Shown here: piece by piece, positions 9,298 through 18,200 of the stretch | How the letters are laid out: the number at the start of each line of letters is the position of its first letter | Numbering within the stretch: the stretch's first letter is position 1 | Assembly (NCBI GenBank): GCA_945902135.1 | Contig: CAMDMI010000001.1 | Coordinates: 1-40,867 of the forward strand | Reading direction: 5' to 3' | DNA length: 40,867 bases | Source of the DNA: Spirosoma fluviale | GTDB lineage: Bacteria > Bacteroidota > Bacteroidia > Cytophagales > Flexibacteraceae | Program-made: the position numbers and the translations under genes | The notes under the pieces: generated by a model | Told to the model about the DNA's origin: nothing | What the model saw: the letters and a program-made list of their open reading frames with translations, nothing else | Database searches by the model: none

Positions 9298-12200
9298 ATG
9301 AATATGCCCAATTCTGAATCTGATTACACACTTTTTAGGCCTTTCCTTTTACTTGTATTAGGTCTGATTTTTATATTACTACCTGCCTATCACACTCAGG
9401 CTCAGGTCTATTTGCTGAATGAGGATTTCTCATCGGCATCCAATTCTACTCCACCTCCAGCCTGGTCAAACTTTAACCAGGCTGGGAGTTCAGAATCCGG
9501 TTTATGGCAGTTTGATAACCCTACCCAACTTCTCCTCAATTATCCTGTAAGTGGAAAAGCAGCCGTTTTTGATACAAAAATGATGGCAGCAGGAGCAGGC
9601 CCTGAAAGAGTAAGTCTGGAAAGTCCTTCTATTGATTGTTCCATCAATGCCAATATTCTCCTGTTTTTTAACCATCATCTGGATGTAGGGCAATCCGGAA
9701 AAGGAGTGTTAGAAGTTTATAACGGTCAAACATGGGGCCTCCAATCCGAATTTACTGCTTCAACTTCTGGAACCGTACAGGAAATAATTAACATAAGTGC
9801 TATAGCAGGGGCTCGCAGCAATGTGAAATTAAGATTTTCATGGGAGGGCGATACCACAGGTTTTTGGATAATAGACAATATCAAAATTCTGGTTCCCAGT
9901 CCGAGAGACCTCAATTTATTTTCATTTGATTCGCCCAAAATGCCATTTGAAGCGGGAATTCAGCCCGTGAAGATTAGCCTATTCAACCAAGGAATTGAAA
10001 CCATTAACTCTGTGAATATTCAATGGAATGTAAACGGAATTCAACAAGTGCCTTTCAATTGGTCAGGTCAGCTTTTATTTGGCGAAAAGATTGAAAACTT
10101 AGAAATAGGATCGTATGTATTTCCAATAGGGGGTATCCGAACCTTTCGGATATGGATAAACGATCCGAATAACAGCAATGATTATAACCATCTTAACGAT
10201 ACCATTACCACCAGGCTTGGGGGGGCTTTGTGTGGAAATTATACCATTGGAGGTGAAAACCCCGATTTTACAAACTTTACAGACGCGACATTTGCATTAA
10301 ATAATGCATCTATTTCCTGTCCAGTGGTATTTAAGGTCAGGCCGGGTATTTATTCAGAGCAAGTTAACCTGAGAAAAATACTGGGCAGCAGCCTCCAAAA
10401 CACCATAACATTTGAGCCGGAAAATGGTGACAGCACATCTGTTACCCTTCAATACAACTTTGAAAACAATTCCCGGGATTACACCCTTTCCTTGTCAGGA
10501 ACGCAGAATATAAAGTTAAACAAACTGAATATTCAAAGGCAAAATGGTCAAATTGCTTTGCTACTATCTGAAAAAGTAAATGGGCTTGACATTAAGAGTT
10601 GCCGAATAGGAAACATTACAAGCTTGGAAAATGGCTGTGACTCAAATATTTCAATTTCAAAAAATGCTCTGGGCTATTTGGCATTAAATGGAAATTTAAA
10701 TTCATTGGGATTATCAATTCGTCAAAACTTGATTTCAATCGCTTCATTAAATGGAGGCAGGTTAAAAGGAATTTCTTTAAAGAACTTTAAGAATGCCAGC
10801 ATTTTTGGAAATTCTATTAATGTTTCATCCAAGCAGGATTTTACTGGTTTTAACGCAGATGCCATAGGCATGGACATTGTTAATTGCAATGGTCTTCAAG
10901 TGGCATCCAACTTAATAAAGTGTAATTCGAGATCCGTTATTGGAAACCGGATAAACCAAAGTATTGGATTCCAGGTTGCCAATTCAGTATTCACTCAATT
11001 TATTCAAAACTCAATCTCACTTACCGGATTAAGTGGATTTGCTATGGTTACCGGCATAATAACGGATACCAGTTCCAACAATCTTATATCAGATGGAAAT
11101 GATTTTATTTTAAGTGCAAATGGTGCCGCAAGCACAGGTGGAGGGACTTCAATAACTGGAATAAAAATCAAGGCAAGAAAATGTGTCATTAAGTCAAATA
11201 TTATCCGCCTATCCTCAATAAATTCGGCTCCAGTTAATTTGGGTTTCGAATCAATTGCAGATTCAACACTCATTTCTTCAAATATTATTAGCAATTCACT
11301 TTCAGGAATTAGAATAACTGGAAACGGAATTAGAATTATCAAAAACAACATTTCAACCGTAAATGGAATCGGAATTGATTTGGCGAATGGTTTGGGCAAT
11401 GAAGTCCTTCAGAATCGGGTAACCAAAATCACGAATGGAATTGCCTGCTGGGTAAGGACATCCAATTCATTGATTGCCAACAATTTTTTTCAAACTGAAG
11501 GCAGCGGCCTTTCTCATGGCATATTATTGGATTCGAACGCTTTCAATTCTAAAATTTACTTTAACAGTATTAATGCTACGGGAACTGACGTATTTAAAAA
11601 TTCTGCATTTGTACTAAAAGCAAGCTCTGGCAGTAAAATCCAAAATAATATTTTTTCATGTTCTGATGCAGGAAGTTCAATTACAGTTCTAAATCCTGGT
11701 TCTGGAATTGTTTGGAGCAATAACTGTTACTACAGCCCTTCAAATTATTTATTGTCATTGAATGCAAGCGCGGTTTACTGGCTTCCAAATTTAATTACTG
11801 CACTTGGTCAAAATTCAGGCTCTATTTCAACCAATCCCTATTTTAATTCGTTGGATGATTTATCAGTAAATCAGATAATTCTAAACGATGCAGCCATAGA
11901 CATTCCTGAAATAGTTGTTGATATTCTTGACTCATCCCGTGGTAATAACCCAGATATTGGAGCAAAAGAATTCGATCCGTGCGGATACGATGCGGGTGTT
12001 GATCGTTTTGTTGGCCTAGAAAGTCCTATTTCTTCGGGTTTACAACCAATAAAAATTCTACTCCGAAATCATGGCATTAACCCAATTACTAATCTCACCA
12101 TTCAGTGGAGTGTAAATGGAGTTTCTCAGTCGCCGTTTCAGTGGAATGGTCAATTGGTTTCTGGAACCTTGGAAGTCCAGATTGGGTCTTATAATTTTAT

Positions 12201-15200
12201 TCCAGGGGTGCCATGCAAATTATTGGCTTATTCTGTTTTTCAAAATGACTGCAATTCAAAAAACGATTCAATACGCTCTGGCTCAATTGCCTCAGCACTT
12301 TGCGGGTCCTACACCATTGGAGGAACAAACTCTGACTTTTCCACTTTCACAGAGGCAGTTTCAATATTAACTGTTGCAGGAATTACTTGTCCTGTAAATT
12401 TTAAAGTTGCAAATGGGGTTTATGACGAGCAAATCCAACTTGGTGAAATCCAAGGAAGCAGTCTAATCAATACAATTACATTCGAATCCTTAAGCGGAGA
12501 TAGTTCTAAATCAATTCTTGAATATACTGGTATTAGCACTGAAAGAGATTTTTCCCTTAATCTGCGTGGTACCGATTATTTAAATTTAAAAAATATCGGC
12601 GTAAAAAGGACGAATGGAAACAATGCAATTCTACTCTCCGATGGAAACCACAACATTAATTTTCAATCCTGTGTTTTAGGGAATATTTTTTCAACCGGTT
12701 CTCAGGTAGATTCATCAATAAATATTGCCAACAATAACTCAGGTTTTATTTACCTGAATGGAAATCAAAATTTGTCATCAAACAAGATTTCGGTTGTAAA
12801 CAATAAAATCACATCTGATATTGTAGGATACTCAAACCATTTCGGTGTTTTTATCAGTTACTCTTCCTCTCCGCTTATTGAAAGAAATTCAATTTATATC
12901 AATTCAAAATCTGCAATATCCTCATCAACTTGTCAAACACAGATTGCATGTGGAATTGGAATTTCAAATTCTCCCAATGCGATGGTACAAAAGAATTATG
13001 CGAGAGCGGGAAGTTCATTCTATTATGGCAGATGTTCTCACGATGCAATTGGTCTGAAGGTTGGAAATTGCGTAAATGCAATAATTAAGAAGAATCAATT
13101 TTTGGTTGAATCCTATTCTTCGAAAGCCAATACAAAGGCTGCACTTCTGGAAGGTTCAAATGCCAACTTTGTACTCGATAGCAATTCCTTTTCCCTAGCT
13201 TCTACCATAGGTCAGGTGAATGAAACACGGGTGGTAAATGGCATTTTGAATACCTCAAACCAATCAGGAAAAATCACCAATAATCAATTGATTCTGGGCG
13301 CAAATGTGGAACCTGGAATGACCGGTATTCAAACTTCCGGCGATTCTGTTGATATTTACAACAATACCCTTTCCAATTTTAACACCGGAATTGAAAGTAA
13401 GTGCACGAATGCACGAATTATTAAAAACAGAATTTTTGGAATTTTTGGAAATGGCATTTCGCTTTTAGCAGGCGCTAATCAAGTGGTAAGTCGTAATAGA
13501 ATTTTAAATGTAACCGGTAATGGAATCGTAATTGAAACGCCTAATTCACTGACTTACAACAATTATATTAATGTTTTGGGAAATACTCCATCCAGAGGAA
13601 TTTGGGTGAAATCACCGGCCACAGGCTCTAGAATTTATTTTAACAGCGTCTTGGCCAAAGGCACAGATTTAGTGAGTAGCCTTGCTCTGGAAGTAGAAAG
13701 TGGAATTGGCAGTGAATTAAAAAACAACATTTTTAGCAATTTTGGCTCCGGTCAAGCTGTAAGGGTTTCGAATCTTTCTTCAAATCGAGTTTGGAACCAT
13801 AACTGCTATTTCAGCAAAAACGCAGCCTTGTTCCTGAATTCAAGTCAATCTCTTTCGAGTCTGTCTGAAGTTCAGACAGTTTTAGGACAGGATGCAAATT
13901 CAATCAATGTAAATCCTTACTTCCAGTCCGATTCGGTTCTGATCACCTGCCAAAGTCTTTTGGATAACTCAGGGATGAATCTTGCTATAATTCAGACCGA
14001 CATTGATGATCAAGTTCGAAATTCAATTCCGGATATTGGTGCTGAGGAATTCGAACTTTGCGAAATTGATATGGGGATCAATAAAATTGTTGGATTGCAG
14101 ACTCCCATATCTTCTGGCTTTCAACCCATCAATGTTATCCTTCAAAACCATGGAAAAAGAACAATAAAATCGGTTTCAATCTTATGGGAAGTGAATGGAA
14201 TTTCACAAATACCTTTTTTCTGGTCAGGTTCTCTCGCTGGCAAAACCGAAGCAACTGTTCAGGTTGGAAATTATTATTTTTTACCAGGCCGTGCGTATGA
14301 AATTAAAGCATGGACAAAAATTAACGACGGAAGTCTGGATTGCAATCTCAGAAATGACACTTCACAAACAGGAACACTAGTTTCCAACCTCTGCGGTGTT
14401 TTTACCATAGGTGGAAATAGTCCTGATTTTCTCTCAATCTCAGATGCAGTTAAAGCCTTGAATTTTACTGGAGTGAGTTGTCCGGTTGTATTTAAAATAC
14501 GGAATGGAGTCTATAAAGAACAGGCGGAAATTGGGAATATTCAAGGAAGCAGTGCCATTAATACAGTAACCTTTGAGTCGGAATCAGGTGACAGTTCTGC
14601 AGTTTTAATGGAGTATCAGACCTCAAATGCCAACCGGGATTTTACCTTTGGAATTAACGGAACCAAATATTTGAACCTTTATAGGTTCGGCATTGGCAGA
14701 AAAAATGGAAAAATCAGTCTTCAAATTTCGGGTGGGTCTCATCACCTTTCCATAACAAATTCAAGACTTGGATACATTTACTCACCCAATACTTTTACAG
14801 ATTCCGCAATTACAATTTCGGGCAATCGATGTGGTACTATTCAGATTCAAGCGCCATCCAATTCTAGGGCAAGCGGCATTCAAATTCTGAACAATCAGAT
14901 TGATGTTTCAGAAAGTTTAACCGGAAGTAGTTCTGCTGTTTTGCTGGGCGCTTGTTTTAAGCCACTGGTGAAAGGAAATACCATCAAGGCATCCTATCTG
15001 CAAGGAAGTGCAGGATCTACGGTTATCTCCTCTGGTATTATTTTCAGCAATTGCCAAAATGGAATTATTGAAGACAACATCGTCACCGCCATAAGTCGAT
15101 CGCAGTATGTAAATACTGAGAACATCGCAAATGGACTACAAATTACCCAATCTAGTAAAATCCAAGTTCTCAATAACAGTATTAGCGCGATAAGTTCGCA

Positions 15201-18200
15201 GGGATTGGCAAAGTCAATCGGCTGTTCTGTTGAGGGCAGTTCTGTCAACATACTGATTGATGGCAATAATTTTTCAGTGAGTTCTGAAAATTCTGTGGGG
15301 TCATCTTCCAACCAAAACAGGGGTATTAGTTTAATCCAAGGATCTGCGATTACGGTTCGGAACAATTCGATAACTCCTATTTCTTCTACCGGATCCGGTA
15401 GAATTTTGTTCGGCATTTTTTCTTCGGCTTCTCAATCTGAAATTTCAGGCAACAAAATCATCCGTTGTGGTACAGGAATTGAAAGCAGCGGTCAGTTTTC
15501 CAAAATATTCCAGAATCGAATTTCTGACATCGCCGGAACCGGTGTAAAAATTCTGTTAGGGAAATCTCAGGAAGTATTTAAAAACAAAATTTGGGGAATT
15601 ACCAATGGTACCGGTCTGATAATGCAAGCGAGCGAAACCTCTGTTTCCAACAATATTATTCAGACAAAAGGCCCCGGAATATCCAAAGGACTCATAGTCC
15701 AAGCTGGATCAAATAACAGCAAAATTCTTTTTAACAGCATCCGAATTGATGGAACTGATCTTGATTATGCCTCTGCATTGGAGTTTCAAGAATCCAACGG
15801 CACGCTTATTAAGAATAATATTTTTGCAAATCTTTCTAACGGGCCTGCTATCCAAATTGGCACAATACCCAATCAAAAAGACTGGGATTTCAATTGTTTT
15901 TATTCTGGCGGCTCCCAATTTGCCAGAACCGCAAATAATGGCTATTCCAATATAACAGCATGGGGACAGTTAATTTCGGCCGAAGTAAATTCGAAATTAC
16001 TGCAGCCATTCTTCCAGTCTGACACACTTTTAGTTCCCAATCAGCGGCAAATAAATGGCGCCGGTATTCCCTCAGAAGGGATTTCAACGGACATAGATGG
16101 AAAAGTTCGCAATTCTCTTGCCCCCGACTTGGGTGCTTATGAATTCCTCATTGATTTTGGTTTATCCAACCTGACATCACCCAGTAATTCATGTGCCAAA
16201 ACAGAAAATGAGAAAATTACTCTTGAAGTAAATAAAAATGGAAATATCCCCGGAAGCAATGTTCAATTGGCCTATCAAATAAACGGCGGCATAATTATTT
16301 ACGATACAATTCCAGGAGTGTTCGACAATTCTATTGAATTCACCTTCACCCAAACAGCAGATTTGAGTCTTGAAGGAACTTACCAAATCAAGGTTTGGCT
16401 CGTTGAAAATCAGGATGACAATCCTTCCAATGATACCCTGAAGATTAAAAGATTAAGTAAGCCAGTTCCTGTTGTAGCCATTTCAAACAACATTGGATGT
16501 GCTCAGGAGCCAGTTGTTTTTAACCTTACAACCTCCATCCCAATTGGGGAAATTTCACCATTGTATGAATGGTATTTTGGAGATTCGGATACAAGTATTT
16601 TTTCGACTTCGCCTGCCCAGCATATTTACAGCCGCTCCGATACTTTCGAAGTTGTGGCCAGGGCCTATTCATTGGAAGGTTGCTACGGGGAAGACAAAAA
16701 GGAAATCATTCTGAACCCCACGCCCATTGCAATAATGGAGGTTTCAGACCATTGTTTCGACAATCAGCTGCCTCTCATAAACTTGTCGGTTCTGGAAAAT
16801 GATTTTGCTACTTATGAGTGGAAATTCGGTGATCAAACCGGTTCAACAATGGCAGAACCTCAGAAAATTTATTCCAGCCTTGGTGAATTTGAAGTTCAGT
16901 TAATTGTTACAGCCATCAACAGCCAGTGCAGGGATACAGTAAGCAAAACAATAAAGGTAAATCCTTTACCGGCACTCAGTACCAATCTGGATACAGCCTA
17001 TTATGAAAATGCAGGATTTATAACACTTGCTGGCACACCGCCAGGCGGCACATTTATTGGCAATGGCGTTTTCGAAAATCTATTTAATACAGATTTCGTT
17101 GGATTGGGTCAAACCCTGATTTCTTATACCTATGGAATTCCCGGAACCGGATGCCGTGATACTCTTTCCCAATTGGTGACCATCAAAGAATTTAACTTTG
17201 CCCCATCATTAATTTTCCAATCAACCGATAAGGATGTTTGTGCTGGCAATCCTGTCAGCTTGCTGGTTCAGGCTACGGGTACACGCCTAAAGTTTCAGTG
17301 GTTTAAGGACAATCAGGTTTTGGAAAACGACACTGTTCCTGTTCTGAACTTTAACCCAGCCCAGGTGTCAAATTCGGGAGCCTATTTTGTTCGGATATGG
17401 AATTTGCTCGACACCATTCAATCCGATAACATTTTATTAAAAGTGAATGCGCTTAAATCCAGAATTGACAGCATAACCATCTGCCCAAGCTCATCTTATA
17501 CTTTGCCAAATGGAATTCAGGCAAATTCGCCCGGGATTTATGTATCACAATTTTTTACTTCTGCCGGTTGCGACAGCACCATAACCACGATACTGGATAC
17601 AAGCAGGATTATCCGTAGGAATTTTACCGCCACACTTTGCAATGGTTCTGTATTTGACTTTTATGGCCAAACCTTAACTCAGAATGGAACTTATTCCCAT
17701 CTAGTTACAAGTGGAACTGGATGCGACAGCCTCTATGTCTTGCGCCTTAATGTTGTTATTCCAGATACATTGGTTCAAAGCCTAAGCTCCTGTAAACCAA
17801 CATTCTGGTATGGTCAAAATATCGAAACCAATGGTCAGTATTACCATTTTGTACCAACCCAGACAGGGTCTTGTGATTCTGTTTACCAGCTTAACTTTAC
17901 ACGCACAAACCCGCCCGATACTTCCCAAATTACAGTTTCAGCTTGTGGGTCTTATCAGTGGAATGGCTCTTTGTATTCCAGCAGCGGAAACTATTTCTTC
18001 AACAGTACCACCCCACTCGGATGCGATTCCGTTGCCAGTCTTAATCTTACCATAATCCCAAGGTCTGACACATCAATTACCAGTATTTCCAATTGCGGGC
18101 CTTATGTTTGGAATAATCTGCAGTATTCGGTTTCGGGTACATATTTCTTGACATTTGCACTGCCAAGCGGCTGCGATTCCATTGCAAGACTCGATCTCCA

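Noticed and set aside
11004-15416. Antisense ORFs of 131 aa (11004..11399) and 140 aa (14994..15416) within the giant gene
   Set aside because: They sit opposite the beta-helix repeat coding sequence and have no motifs. They are best explained by the biased codon composition of the sense strand.
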